From Paralcaligenes sp. (GTDB lineage Bacteria; Pseudomonadota; Gammaproteobacteria; Burkholderiales; Burkholderiaceae_B), in assembly GCA_039935015.1 (NCBI GenBank), contig JBDTLC010000017.1:17359-81358 (forward strand): 64,000 nt of DNA, given 5' to 3'. Position 1 is the first letter of the stretch, and each line of letters starts with the position of its first letter. Below the pieces are notes generated by a model. The model saw only the letters and a list, made by a program, of their open reading frames with translations. It searched no databases and was not told the DNA's origin. Of the stretch, positions 47,792 through 58,062 are shown one piece after another. Made by a program: the position numbers and the translations under genes.

Positions 47792-47794
47792 ACG

Positions 47795-50320
47795 GTGCAG
47801 ATCTTACCCCCGCTCTTGACGGTGCTGCTCACGGCGGAGCTGCGCGCGCATGCGGGCCGCGTACTGATCAACGTCATCGCTATCGCCATTGGCGTGGCGA
47901 TGGGCTATGCGGTATATCTGACCAATCAGGCCGCTCTGACCGAGTTCTCGCAGGCGACACGCTCACTTCTGGGCCAAAGCGATCTAGACATTCGTGGCCC
48001 GCAAAAGGGCTTTGACGAAGCTCTTTATGCGCGCCTGGCAAGTTTGCCGCAGGTGGCGGCAACCAGCCCCATGGTTGAAATAGATGCACATCTGCCAGGG
48101 CGCCATGCAGCGCTCAAACTGCTTGGCATCGACGCATTCCGCGCACTAGCAGTGAACCCTGGCCTGATAGGGCAGCCCGCGCCAGGCCAAAAAAGCCAGC
48201 TTGTATACCTGAACCCCACCTCCGTGTTTCTTTCTCCTGCAGCACTAACGTGGCTCAAGCTCAAGCCTGGCGACACACTTACCGTGCAAGTCGGTCTGGA
48301 TACGCTTACCCTGCAAATCGCAGGCACGCTACCTGTTACGACTGAAGCATTGCGCGTGGGTGTGATGGATATTGGAGCGGCACAATGGCATTTCAAGCGT
48401 CTTGGCTTGCTGCAAAGCATTAACCTTAAACTCCAGCCCGGCGTAGATGTAAAGGCATTTCGGCGAACGCTGGCTTCGATACTGCCACCAGGAGTGGAGG
48501 CCGTGACGACCGAAGATAGCCGGCGTGTTACCTCTAACCTGTCGCGGGCCTATCGTGTCAATCTGGACGTGTTGGCATTGGTGGCACTTTTTACCGGCGC
48601 CTTCCTGGTGTTTTCCACGCAAGCGCTGTCGATTATTCGCAGGCGCGCACAACTTGCGCTACTGCGTGCCCTAGGCATGACTCGTGGCAGCCTGTTGCGA
48701 ATGGTGCTCGCTGAAGGCGGTATCCAGGGTTTGGCAGGCGCCCTGCTCGGCCTTGCGCTGGGCTTGGTCATCGCCACTGGGCTGCTGCATTATGCCGGAG
48801 GCGATCTGGGCGGCGGATACTTCCCTGGCATACGCCCGACAGTGCACTTTGACGCCGGAATCGCACTCGCCTTCGCCATGCTGGGTGTGGCGGCTGCGTT
48901 GCTGGGCAGCCTCGCGCCCGCTTGGGAAGCCTCGCGCGCACAGCCGGCGCAAGCGCTTAAGGCGGGCGACGAGGAAACCTTGCCAGGACGCTTGCGCTCC
49001 CCGTGGCCGGCGGTCGGTGTCATTGTTGCCGGCGTCGCAATGAGCCAGGCTGGGCCGGTGGCTGGCCTGCCGATATTCGGCTACGCCTCGATCGGTCTGT
49101 TATTGGTCGGCGCTATTCTGTGCATGCCGCGCCTTGCCCGCTGGGCCTTCAGCATTCTGCCTCCGGGTAGAGGGCCCGTGCCTTATCTGGCGCTGGCGCA
49201 GCTAGCTCGCGCACCGGGGCGAGCAGCTATTGGCCTGGCCGGCATCCTGGCCAGTTTTAGCCTGATGGCCGCCATGGCGATCATGGTTACGAGCTTTCGC
49301 GTCTCTTTCGAGCAATGGCTGGACACAGTGCTGCCGGCTCAACTCTACGTACGCGCGTCAGCAAGCGGCGACACGGGCTATTTTTCCAGCACCGACCAGC
49401 AAATAATCGCTGCCACACCCGGTATCGCCCGTGCTGAATTCACGCGTACGGATGAGATATTGCTCGACCCACAACTGCCGCCGGTGGCGTGGATCGCCAG
49501 GCCGATCGACAAGCACCATCCGGAGGCGCGTCTGGCGTTGGTCGGCACTCCTAGGGTGCCACGTGCAGACGAACCGCCGCCGATATGGGTTAGCGAAGCG
49601 ATGAAAGATCTATACGGAATGCATTCAGGCGAGCGTGTCAGCTTGCCGCTTGCAGGACACCTCGTTGCGTTCACGGTTGCAGGCATCTGGCGCGACTATG
49701 CTCGCCAATTTGGCGCTATCGCGATTGACCTGGACGATTACCGTCGCCTGAGCAACGACCGCCGCATTACAGGTGCCGCTCTGTGGCTGGCGCCCAACGT
49801 CCGTGCGACGCAGTTCGTGCAAAACCTGCGCCAACGCTTGCCTGGCGCCAGTCATATCGAGATCAAGGACTCTGGTGAAATACGTAGTACCGCCTTGCAC
49901 GTCTTTGACCGTAGTTTCGCCGTAACCTACCTGCTCGAAGGCATTGCCATCGTCATCGGCCTGTTCGGCGTCGGAGTCAGCTTCAGCATGCAGGCGTTGG
50001 CGCGCTCACGTGAATTTGGCGTATTAAGGCATTTAGGCGCGACACGCAGTCAGATTGGCGCGATGCTGGCGCTCGAAGGCGCAGGGTTGGGGCTTCTTGG
50101 AATGGCCGCTGGCTTGGTACTCGGGTTAGGCATAGCACTGATCTTGATTTACGTGATCAACCCGCAATCATTCCATTGGACCATGAGCCTGCATATGCCC
50201 TGGCTTCTCCTGGCTGCCGTTGCGCCTGCACTGGTGGCCAGCGCTTCGCTGGCTGCGCTTGCCAGTGCCAGACGGGCCATGTCGGCGGGCGCAATACGTG
50301 CCGTAAAGGAGGACTGGTGA
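47795..50320 (+). CDS. FtsX-like double-module ABC permease (AttF/G-like)
   Basis: Two FtsX TM modules (RR...LLRALG; R.REFG.LR.LG), INPQSFHW. Confidence 0.88.
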   Translation: MQILPPLLTVLLTAELRAHAGRVLINVIAIAIGVAMGYAVYLTNQAALTEFSQATRSLLGQSDLDIRGPQKGFDEALYARLASLPQVAATSPMVEIDAHLPGRHAALKLLGIDAFRALAVNPGLIGQPAPGQKSQLVYLNPTSVFLSPAALTWLKLKPGDTLTVQVGLDTLTLQIAGTLPVTTEALRVGVMDIGAAQWHFKRLGLLQSINLKLQPGVDVKAFRRTLASILPPGVEAVTTEDSRRVTSNLSRAYRVNLDVLALVALFTGAFLVFSTQALSIIRRRAQLALLRALGMTRGSLLRMVLAEGGIQGLAGALLGLALGLVIATGLLHYAGGDLGGGYFPGIRPTVHFDAGIALAFAMLGVAAALLGSLAPAWEASRAQPAQALKAGDEETLPGRLRSPWPAVGVIVAGVAMSQAGPVAGLPIFGYASIGLLLVGAILCMPRLARWAFSILPPGRGPVPYLALAQLARAPGRAAIGLAGILASFSLMAAMAIMVTSFRVSFEQWLDTVLPAQLYVRASASGDTGYFSSTDQQIIAATPGIARAEFTRTDEILLDPQLPPVAWIARPIDKHHPEARLALVGTPRVPRADEPPPIWVSEAMKDLYGMHSGERVSLPLAGHLVAFTVAGIWRDYARQFGAIAIDLDDYRRLSNDRRITGAALWLAPNVRATQFVQNLRQRLPGASHIEIKDSGEIRSTALHVFDRSFAVTYLLEGIAIVIGLFGVGVSFSMQALARSREFGVLRHLGATRSQIGAMLALEGAGLGLLGMAAGLVLGLGIALILIYVINPQSFHWTMSLHMPWLLLAAVAPALVASASLAALASARRAMSAGAIRAVKEDW

Positions 50321-51405
50321 TTAGGTCCAGGCTTGCGATTTTTTCCTTGTTTTGTATGCTGTTGACGGCGGTCTCGGCACAGTCGCAGAGCCATCTGCCG
50401 ACCTACCCCTCTGTTTTGCGTGGTCACGCGCTGCATTTCCCCAGAGACCATGGCGCCCACCCAAAATTCCGCACCGAGTGGTGGTATGTCACAGGATGGT
50501 TGCAAACGCCCGAAGGATCCCCGCTTGGGTTTCAGGTGACTTTTTTTCGCTCACGCCCGCCGCTGGACCAAACCAACCCCAGCCGCTTCGCGCCCAAAGA
50601 ACTACTGTTCGCCCATGCCGCCGTATCTGATCCCGCACTTGGCAAACTGCAGGATGAACAGCGAGCAGCACGCGCCGGCTTTGGGCTGGCCGAGGCGGCC
50701 ACGAGCGACACCAACGTGCACATTGGTGCATGGTCTTTGCAGCGAGACCCCGGTGGCATTTACCACGCTTTGGTTAAAGGCCGCGAGTTGGTATTGGAAC
50801 TTGCGTTGGCGCCCACTCAACCACTGCTATTGCAAGGCGAACGAGGCTATAGCCGAAAGGGGCCTCTTGCCACGCAGGCCAGCTATTACTATAGCCAGCC
50901 ACAGCTCAAGGTGAGTGGCACCCTTAGTCGCCATGGAGCACAAGTGCTAGTCCAGGGCACGGCGTGGCTAGATCATGAATGGTCTTCCGCCATGCTAGAC
51001 GAACAAGCCGTCGGCTGGGACTGGATCGGCATTAATCTTGATGATGGCGGCGCACTGATGGCCTTCCAGATTCGTGACAAAGCTGGCCGCAAACTTTGGG
51101 CTGGCGGCACGCTGCGCCGCTCCGATGGCAGCGTAACCACCCTGCCTCCTACGTCTGTAAGCTTCTCGCCTCGTCGCCGTTGGCGTTCGCCCCATACCGG
51201 CACTGAATATCCGGTGTCGATGCATATACAGGCCGCAGACCTCACGCTCGACCTTGTCCCTTTGATGGACGACCAGGAACTCGACAGTCGCGCCAGCACT
51301 GGCGCGATCTATTGGGAAGGTGCGGTCACCGCGCTACACGCTGAAAACCGGGTCGGACGAGGCTATCTGGAACTGACTGGATATTTCCAGAAGCTGGGCT
51401 TTTAA
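50317..51405 (+). CDS. AttH/CrtC-like lipocalin-domain protein, exported
   Basis: FP.DHG.HP.F..EWWY, SYYYS.P, WLDHEWS, GWDW, YWEG, GYLELTGY. Confidence 0.88.
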   Translation: MIRSRLAIFSLFCMLLTAVSAQSQSHLPTYPSVLRGHALHFPRDHGAHPKFRTEWWYVTGWLQTPEGSPLGFQVTFFRSRPPLDQTNPSRFAPKELLFAHAAVSDPALGKLQDEQRAARAGFGLAEAATSDTNVHIGAWSLQRDPGGIYHALVKGRELVLELALAPTQPLLLQGERGYSRKGPLATQASYYYSQPQLKVSGTLSRHGAQVLVQGTAWLDHEWSSAMLDEQAVGWDWIGINLDDGGALMAFQIRDKAGRKLWAGGTLRRSDGSVTTLPPTSVSFSPRRRWRSPHTGTEYPVSMHIQAADLTLDLVPLMDDQELDSRASTGAIYWEGAVTALHAENRVGRGYLELTGYFQKLGF

Positions 51406-51512
51406 TTGGCATAATTGCGGCAAGTCCGCGTAAGTGCCAAAATAGTCATCCTTCCAAACAGGCCTCGCGAACCGGGGACTTTCTGGTCAATGCACTAAGA
51501 GCACGTTTTCTC

Positions 51513-52718
51513 GTGTCTGATGTTTCAATGAGCGACACCCCCTTCAGTTTTAAAGACATAGCCATCCCGGCCTTTGGCCCGTCGTTGCTTTTCGGGATTG
51601 GCGAAGGTGCGATACTGCCAGTCATTGCTCTGAGTGCGCGGGAGCTCAACGCGTCCGTGGCCATTTCGGGACTTATCGTCGGCCTGATCGGCATCGGATC
51701 GCTTTTTAGTAATATTCCAGCCGCGTTGATTATCGCCCGTTATGGCGAAAGGCTTTCCATGGTGGGCGCCGCGTTATTCAGCGTGCTGGCGCTGGTTTTT
51801 TGCCTGATACCGGACCAGATATGGTTGCTGGCGCTAGGCGTACTAATGATCGGCATGTCGTCGTCGGTGTTCATGCTGGCCAGACTAACCTACCTGATCG
51901 AGGTGGTACCCGTCTATATGCGTGCGCGCGCAATGTCATCGCTTGGCGGCACCATGCGGATCGGCATCTTCATCGGCCCATTTCTGGGTGCGGCGTTAAT
52001 GCATTTCATGGGCCTGCCTGGCGCCTACTGGGTCGCGGCGGTCGCGATGCTAGCCACTGGGCTGCTTTCATTTACGATACCTGAACTGGAAGTTCGCCAG
52101 GCATCAAGCACCGACTCCAGCGCGGCGCCAAAATTGATTCACGTTGCGCGTGGCCATCTAAAGATCTTTTTAACCTTGGGCTTCGGAATTTTGCTGGTCA
52201 GCGCGCTACGGGCCTCCCGCCAGATTGTTATCCCGCTATGGGCGGACCACCTTTCCATTAGTCCGACGACAACGTCGATTATTTACGGGCTGGTGGCCGC
52301 TATTGATATGCTGGCCTTTTACCCTGCCGGTAAAGCAATGGATCAACGCGGCAGGCTTTGGGTGGCATTGCCCTCGGTGGTCCTGATGGGGACTTCTCTC
52401 GTATTGATGCCAGTGACGGTCGGTTTGATCAGTTTTCTGATCGTCTCAATGCTGATGGGTTTGGGTAACGGTATTGGATCTGGAATTATCATGACCTTGG
52501 GCGCCGATGCCTCGCCCCGCGTTGGGCGCACAGAGTTTCTGGGCATTTGGCGATTGATCGCCGACATGGGCGCCAGCGGCGCACCGGTGTTGCTCTCAGC
52601 CATTACTGCGGCGGCCTCTCTGGCTCTTGCCGTGGTCGTCACCGGATTGTTCGGCTTCGTCGCCGCTGGCGTATTCTGGTGGTGCCTGCCGCATACGCGA
52701 TTTACCCCGCCGCGTTAA
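51513..52718 (+). CDS. MFS transporter
   Basis: About 12 hydrophobic segments; G...D..GR loop motif. Confidence 0.88.
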   Translation: MSDVSMSDTPFSFKDIAIPAFGPSLLFGIGEGAILPVIALSARELNASVAISGLIVGLIGIGSLFSNIPAALIIARYGERLSMVGAALFSVLALVFCLIPDQIWLLALGVLMIGMSSSVFMLARLTYLIEVVPVYMRARAMSSLGGTMRIGIFIGPFLGAALMHFMGLPGAYWVAAVAMLATGLLSFTIPELEVRQASSTDSSAAPKLIHVARGHLKIFLTLGFGILLVSALRASRQIVIPLWADHLSISPTTTSIIYGLVAAIDMLAFYPAGKAMDQRGRLWVALPSVVLMGTSLVLMPVTVGLISFLIVSMLMGLGNGIGSGIIMTLGADASPRVGRTEFLGIWRLIADMGASGAPVLLSAITAAASLALAVVVTGLFGFVAAGVFWWCLPHTRFTPPR

Positions 52719-52789
52719 GGGGGTCGCGAACAGTTCATGATCAGTCGCTGACCTCTAGGGATGGTCCCGTCAACAATCATCGCGCCTAC

Positions 52790-54031
52790 TTATCGCGGAT
52801 CGCCCATCTTTTTAGCGATCAACACGGCATTGGTGCCGCCAAACGCAAATGAATTCGACATGACAACATTGATATCGCAATTTGTCCGGGCTTGACCCGG
52901 AACATAATCCAGGTCGCATTCCGGGTCGGGCTCATCCAGATTGATGGTCGGTGGAATGATATTCGCGCGCATCGCAAGCAGTGCGATGGCAAACTCCAGC
53001 GCGGCCGAGGCGCCAAGCAGATGCCCATGCATAGCCTTGGTGGAACTGATGAGCAGCCTGACCGCATGGGCGCCGAACGCGGCTTTGATCGCGGCTGTTT
53101 CAACCCGGTCATTGGCCAAAGTGCCCGTACCATGGGCGTTCAGATAATCGATTGAAGAACCTGGCAACCCGGATGAATCAATGGCCAGACGCATGGCCTG
53201 CGCCTGGCCATTAATGCTTGGACGAGTCAGATGCTGCACATCGGTGCTCAATCCATAACCGATTAGTTCCCCATAAACAGGCGCCTTGCGCTTAAGCGCC
53301 TTGCCCAACTCCTCAAGCACCAAAATGGCCGACCCCTCGCCCAATACCATTCCGGTCCGGTTTCTGGAAAATGGTTTACAAGAAGCGGCAGGATTGATGG
53401 GATCTTCCGTCGCAAGTGTACGCAAGGCTTCCCAGGCCTTCATCGGGCCTAGCGACAGCGGCGCCTCGGTCCCGCCCGCAATCATAATGTCGACCTCGCC
53501 AGTTTGAATGCGCTTCGCGGCTTCGCCGATTGCGACCGCCGAGGATGAACAGGCTGTAGTGAAAGTGAGGATAGGCCCGGTGATTTGATGATCTATACCG
53601 ATCCACGAAGCGGCTGCATTATTCATGGCCAGCAAAACACTGAATGGCTTGATGCGGTCGGACTGCTCGCCATAAAGAATTCTATACGCTTCGTCGGTCG
53701 ATTGCGCCCCTCCCATGCCGGTGCCTAGAAATACACCTGTACGTAAAGGGTTCGTATCGGCAAGGTCAAGCCTGGCGTCTTCTAGCGCCTGCCGCACGGC
53801 CACCAGCGCAAACTGGCTGCTTCGATCGAGCATGCGCAGCCGCGGTGCGTCGAAGTAGCGCTCGCCCGCAAAATCCGCCGATGCCGCAATGCGCGTGACC
53901 AGCCGCGGGCAAAAGCTACTGTCCAAACGACGGATACCCGAGCGACCTGCACAGGCAGCGGCGAACGCGTCGGTGATGGAAGTCCCCAGTGGAGAAATCA
54001 CCCCCAGACCGGTAATGGCGACGCGTTTCAT
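52790..54031 (-). CDS. Beta-ketoacyl-ACP synthase (FabF-like, pathway-associated)
   Basis: TACSSS catalytic Cys, NAHGTGT, K..HGHLLGA, SNSFAFGG.N. Confidence 0.92.
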   Translation of the reverse strand: MKRVAITGLGVISPLGTSITDAFAAACAGRSGIRRLDSSFCPRLVTRIAASADFAGERYFDAPRLRMLDRSSQFALVAVRQALEDARLDLADTNPLRTGVFLGTGMGGAQSTDEAYRILYGEQSDRIKPFSVLLAMNNAAASWIGIDHQITGPILTFTTACSSSAVAIGEAAKRIQTGEVDIMIAGGTEAPLSLGPMKAWEALRTLATEDPINPAASCKPFSRNRTGMVLGEGSAILVLEELGKALKRKAPVYGELIGYGLSTDVQHLTRPSINGQAQAMRLAIDSSGLPGSSIDYLNAHGTGTLANDRVETAAIKAAFGAHAVRLLISSTKAMHGHLLGASAALEFAIALLAMRANIIPPTINLDEPDPECDLDYVPGQARTNCDINVVMSNSFAFGGTNAVLIAKKMGDPR

Positions 54032-54324
54032 CAGGACTTGCGGGGAACCATTGCAGGAATCAGGTTATTTGCGCCAGGCTCCTCCTTTTGAACCGCCAAG
54101 AGCTCGTCGATGTAGTTGACGACGTCTTGTACGGTCAGCAACGAGACCTGATGGGACGGCACTTGAATCTGGAACGCGTCTTCAATTTGAAACAGTAGTT
54201 CCATGACGCCAAGCGAGTCGATTCCAAGCTCTTCGAGCCGGGCCTGCGGTCTCAACTGCTCGGGGAGTAGCGGATAGTCTGCCGCCAATATTTGCTGTAA
54301 GCGTTCATAAGTTGACATGTACAT
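54031..54324 (-). CDS. Acyl carrier protein
   Basis: LGIDSL phosphopantetheine site, E..F.I, TV.D. Confidence 0.9.
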   Translation of the reverse strand: MYMSTYERLQQILAADYPLLPEQLRPQARLEELGIDSLGVMELLFQIEDAFQIQVPSHQVSLLTVQDVVNYIDELLAVQKEEPGANNLIPAMVPRKS

Positions 54325-54349
54325 CCCCTTGCCAAGTCGCTAAATGGAA

Positions 54350-55633
54350 CTAGCTTCCGGCATTGTAACGAGCTTGATTTCGCGGCCAAAATGAGCCATC
54401 CACCTTTCCGCTCCATGCCGCAGCATGGGTAAGCAGCCATGGGTAGCGCTGCAAAACAGGAAACACAGTTCCCATAAGTGTCGGCCGCATAGCGATATGC
54501 GCGAATGCCGCAGCGAATCGGATTCGCGGAACAAAAGCCCGACGCCAGGCGGCCATGTACCCTCTTTGAGCCCTATCCTGATGTTCTTTTGACGTCCGTG
54601 CGTGCGGCCCTTGGGCGAGCAGAGCTTCGGCCAATAACCAAGCGCCTTGTAGCGCCATGCTGATACCCTCGCCAATGATAGGATGCGCCTCTCCTGCTGC
54701 ATTACCTACCAAAAATAATGATCCGTTTCCCTGCGCCAGCCTGACGCCGGGTCGAATCGGCCCAATACTTAACCACGATCCACATCGCTCGCTGCCGGCA
54801 AGCATCAAATCCGCTTCACGGCAAGCCTGCCTAACATAGGCAAGTGCTGCTTGAGCGGCTGTCGCTCCATATTTGGCGTGCCGGCATGCGGCCAGGGTAT
54901 CGCGGCGTATGCAAAATGCCAAAGTGGCGAGCGATCGCCCCTCTAAGACCATGCCTCCATAGCCTCCTCGAAACGACAGTACCGGCAACAAGCCGTTTGG
55001 TAGCCCGGTTGAACTGAAATTAGCCTTGAAGGCGAACAGGTCAGAGTCATGATGAATGCTGGGTCGCGTTCCAGCCTTCGCGGCGGCCATCGCAGACTCG
55101 CGCGAAGAGGTGTAGTTGGTGCCTCGATGGGTCTCCCATGACCCGCAGGCAGAGATGATGATCGGCGCGGCAAGAATCCGGGTCTCTCGCGACTGGACCT
55201 CCTGTATGGTACAGGACATATGTCCTGGCGCGCCTTCCATCGTCAGCACGGTCCACGGACAAAAAACGACGGCGCCAGCGTTCCCGGCTTGTTCCAGCAG
55301 TAACGCATCTAAGCCCTCTCGCCCCAAGGCATAGCCCCACGGGTGCCGTCGATCGTTAAAACTGGGTAATTCGGCCCGAACCATCCGATCCCGAAAAATT
55401 AGCGCGACATGACGCAACGGAGGACCGGCCAAATCTCGTGCCGCCTGGCCTATGCCCAGTGCGTCGAGCAAGGGCATATTGCTGGCCGCTATGCATTCGC
55501 CGCATACTTTTCTTCTGGGGAAATCAGCCTTCTCGATTAACGCAACACGCCAGCCCTTGCGCGCCAGCAAAATAGCGGTGCTGCTACCGGCGGGCCCAGC
55601 CCCAATGACGAGGACATCGTATTGATCGTCCAC
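54350..55633 (-). CDS. FAD-dependent oxidoreductase (geranylgeranyl reductase/aromatic hydroxylase-like)
   Basis: GAGPAG, FPRRKVCGE, R..LD..L, VGNAAG...P..GEGIS.A. Confidence 0.88.
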   Translation of the reverse strand: MDDQYDVLVIGAGPAGSSTAILLARKGWRVALIEKADFPRRKVCGECIAASNMPLLDALGIGQAARDLAGPPLRHVALIFRDRMVRAELPSFNDRRHPWGYALGREGLDALLLEQAGNAGAVVFCPWTVLTMEGAPGHMSCTIQEVQSRETRILAAPIIISACGSWETHRGTNYTSSRESAMAAAKAGTRPSIHHDSDLFAFKANFSSTGLPNGLLPVLSFRGGYGGMVLEGRSLATLAFCIRRDTLAACRHAKYGATAAQAALAYVRQACREADLMLAGSERCGSWLSIGPIRPGVRLAQGNGSLFLVGNAAGEAHPIIGEGISMALQGAWLLAEALLAQGPHARTSKEHQDRAQRGYMAAWRRAFVPRIRFAAAFAHIAMRPTLMGTVFPVLQRYPWLLTHAAAWSGKVDGSFWPRNQARYNAGS

Positions 55634-55636
55634 GCC

Positions 55637-56368
55637 TTATCCCGATTGCCGAGAGGCAATGAATGTATGACTGAACAATCCTGCGGCGCCCTCTTGCACA
55701 ACCCATTGCGATAATGGGCGCGGCCACAGTTCAGACAGTTCGGTGCCCGAGAAACCCGCTTTCACACTCAGCACCGCGTCTTCACGGGTCACCGCGCAGG
55801 CACCCAACAAACCGAGCAGACGGCTGGCGAATAGCGGCCCGGGCCCACGGCGCGGCTCGCACGCCATAAACCAGTCAGTACATTGTGCAAGCGTTCCAAA
55901 CAGAGCGGCAATTTGCGACGAATCGAAATGGTGCACAAATAAGTTGGCAAGCGCGATATCCCACTGTTTGGGGACGGGCGAGGCCATCCAGTCATGCAGA
56001 TCGACGCGTAACACGTCGACCTGCCATCCTAGACGTTCGAATCCGTTTTGGGTGGCCATAGAAACTACATTCTGGCGGTCGAGCAAGCTAAGATGCACAG
56101 CCGGCCAACAGGCTGCAAACCGCTGCGCCAAACGCAGCATCAGTGTGCCGTCACCCGCACCGATCTCGATAATTCGCAGGGGCCGTCGACCCCGACTATG
56201 CGAGGCCAGTTTAATGTGACGCTGAAAGGCGCGTGAAATCAGGCTCGCCGAGCCCATAAGGCGATTGACTCGCCGCAAATCGAGACGTGCGCGTATCGCC
56301 AGAGGATCATCGCAAGGCAACTGATCCAGTCTTTCGGACGACAGGCGTCTGGGAAGAGAAGCGCTCAC
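55637..56368 (-). CDS. SAM-dependent methyltransferase
   Basis: E..D.......L..VN, EIGAGDG, NLFVHHF, D...SV..GF. Confidence 0.85.
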   Translation of the reverse strand: MSASLPRRLSSERLDQLPCDDPLAIRARLDLRRVNRLMGSASLISRAFQRHIKLASHSRGRRPLRIIEIGAGDGTLMLRLAQRFAACWPAVHLSLLDRQNVVSMATQNGFERLGWQVDVLRVDLHDWMASPVPKQWDIALANLFVHHFDSSQIAALFGTLAQCTDWFMACEPRRGPGPLFASRLLGLLGACAVTREDAVLSVKAGFSGTELSELWPRPLSQWVVQEGAAGLFSHTFIASRQSG

Positions 56369-56386
56369 ATTCGAATCAACCTCTGG

Positions 56387-57445
56387 TTATTCAACTGATA
56401 GGAGCGCACCGTGGCAACAGAAACCTGCTCCAAATGATGACAGCCACCATGCGCCCGCGGGAGCTCGGTCGACCAATGCTGCTTCCAGCACAAAGTATAC
56501 AAAAGCACTACTCAAATTGCCGTAGTCGCGCAATACACGGGCACTATAACGGAGATCTTGCGCATCGAGCCCAAACTTTTTCTCGATGGCAAGCAGTACA
56601 TCGCGGCCGCCGGCATGCATAATCCAAGCCGTGATATCGGCGGCATCCCGCCCCACTCGTTGCATCACCGTTTCCAGCACACGATGCGCATAGTCAGCCG
56701 CCAGAGTCGGTACCTGTCGGGTCAATATATTGCGCAACAGGCCCTGCCGGGATTCAAACTTCAATGCGTTGCGTTGCGCGGGATCCAAGAGCGATTCGCT
56801 GTCCTGCCACTCGATACGGCGCACCGACTCTTGTGGTATTTGCGAAAGCACTGCTGCCCCAGCACCATCGCCGAACAGGCATGCGCTAATAAGGACGCCC
56901 GGATCGTCATCCAGATATATCGCCGCGCTGCACACCTCAACGCACACCGATAAAACATGCTGGCACTGTCCTGAAGCCAGCAAAGCGTGCGACAAATTAA
57001 AGTTGGGCAAAGCCGCAGCGCAACCTTGGCCGACCAGATCGAAGGCTTGCACATTGCTGCGCAATCCCAAATATTGGGCCACATACCCGCTTAATCCGGG
57101 ACATAAATACCCTGTGCACGTGCTGATCACAATCGCATCAATTTGATGCGGCGCGAGACGCGCCTGATCTAATGCTTTCAGTGCTGCATTTTGTGCCAGC
57201 GACGGCGCATTTTCTGTAAAGCGTTGATGCAAAGTATCGGGATCGATTCGGAAAACGTCCTCAAGCGCCTCAATCGCCAAATACCGTGTCTCGATGCCGT
57301 TATCGCGTGTAAGGACTGCGTTAGTAACCCAGTGAGCCCTGGGCCCTAGGCGCGCGAACCAGTCCGATGCCTGAAACGCGCTCCAACACTGCGCTTTGGA
57401 ATAACGTTGTGCAGGGACGGCTGTGCCTAGCCCGTTGACGAACAT
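56387..57445 (-). CDS. Type III polyketide synthase (chalcone/stilbene synthase family)
   Basis: Catalytic triad GQGC, HAGG, YGNLSS; LFGDGAGA; AAGGGA RBS before ATG 57445. Confidence 0.93.
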   Translation of the reverse strand: MFVNGLGTAVPAQRYSKAQCWSAFQASDWFARLGPRAHWVTNAVLTRDNGIETRYLAIEALEDVFRIDPDTLHQRFTENAPSLAQNAALKALDQARLAPHQIDAIVISTCTGYLCPGLSGYVAQYLGLRSNVQAFDLVGQGCAAALPNFNLSHALLASGQCQHVLSVCVEVCSAAIYLDDDPGVLISACLFGDGAGAAVLSQIPQESVRRIEWQDSESLLDPAQRNALKFESRQGLLRNILTRQVPTLAADYAHRVLETVMQRVGRDAADITAWIMHAGGRDVLLAIEKKFGLDAQDLRYSARVLRDYGNLSSAFVYFVLEAALVDRAPAGAWWLSSFGAGFCCHGALLSVE

Positions 57446-57461
57446 ATTGGATTTCCCTTTT

Positions 57462-57659
57462 TCATGCACGGATCTCCGACCCATTTCGGGCTTGTATACT
57501 CACTATAAGCCATGCCGCATATGAGTACCCACCGCCGCCCCCACCGCCGGTATCGCTCGACATCGGTGCCGCACCACTGCGGTACGTTCCGCCATCTGTC
57601 GAACATCCCGACACAAGCGCCGCTACAACAACTAGAAATATCGACAAAGGCCTAGTCAT
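57462..57659 (-). CDS. Putative small Gly-rich lipoprotein
   Basis: MTRPLSIFLVVVAALVSGC lipobox followed by a G7 tract. Confidence 0.45.
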   Translation of the reverse strand: MTRPLSIFLVVVAALVSGCSTDGGTYRSGAAPMSSDTGGGGGGGYSYAAWLIVSIQARNGSEIRA

Positions 57660-58062
57660 GTTCATCATAGTCTTCAGGGAGCACATTAAGTGTGAACTCG
57701 CTTATAAACGTTTGAGCCTGTCCTTTTATTCCGGTTCAAGCACAATTATTTTCAGTCAGACCGTCGTGATCCTACGCAGTTTGCGCAGCAGGCACTCACA
57801 CATTACCGGGTTCTCGCACGGGGCAATGGCGTGGCGACGAGCGCTTACCCTAAGCCAACGTCCAAGCAATTCGTTGCAATAGATACAAACACCTATTACA
57901 TAGCGCTTTGAAACAGTGCCCGCGCGGGTGCATAATATGCCGCGTATCCGCCCAGTTTTTGGCCTTCAACCTAGAGCAACAGGTTTGTTGCGTCGCAACA
58001 ATAATCCCGTATTGTGTAACAGCAGCACACTTACTGATTCCAATTACCATGGAAGAAAAGAT

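Noticed and set aside
50317-51405. Carotenoid biosynthesis (crtC)
   Set aside because: No crt genes nearby; context is the Att-like ABC operon
52790-54324. Housekeeping acpP-fabF
   Set aside because: No fabD/fabG/fabH context, the ACP is divergent from AcpP, and both are embedded in the T3PKS operon
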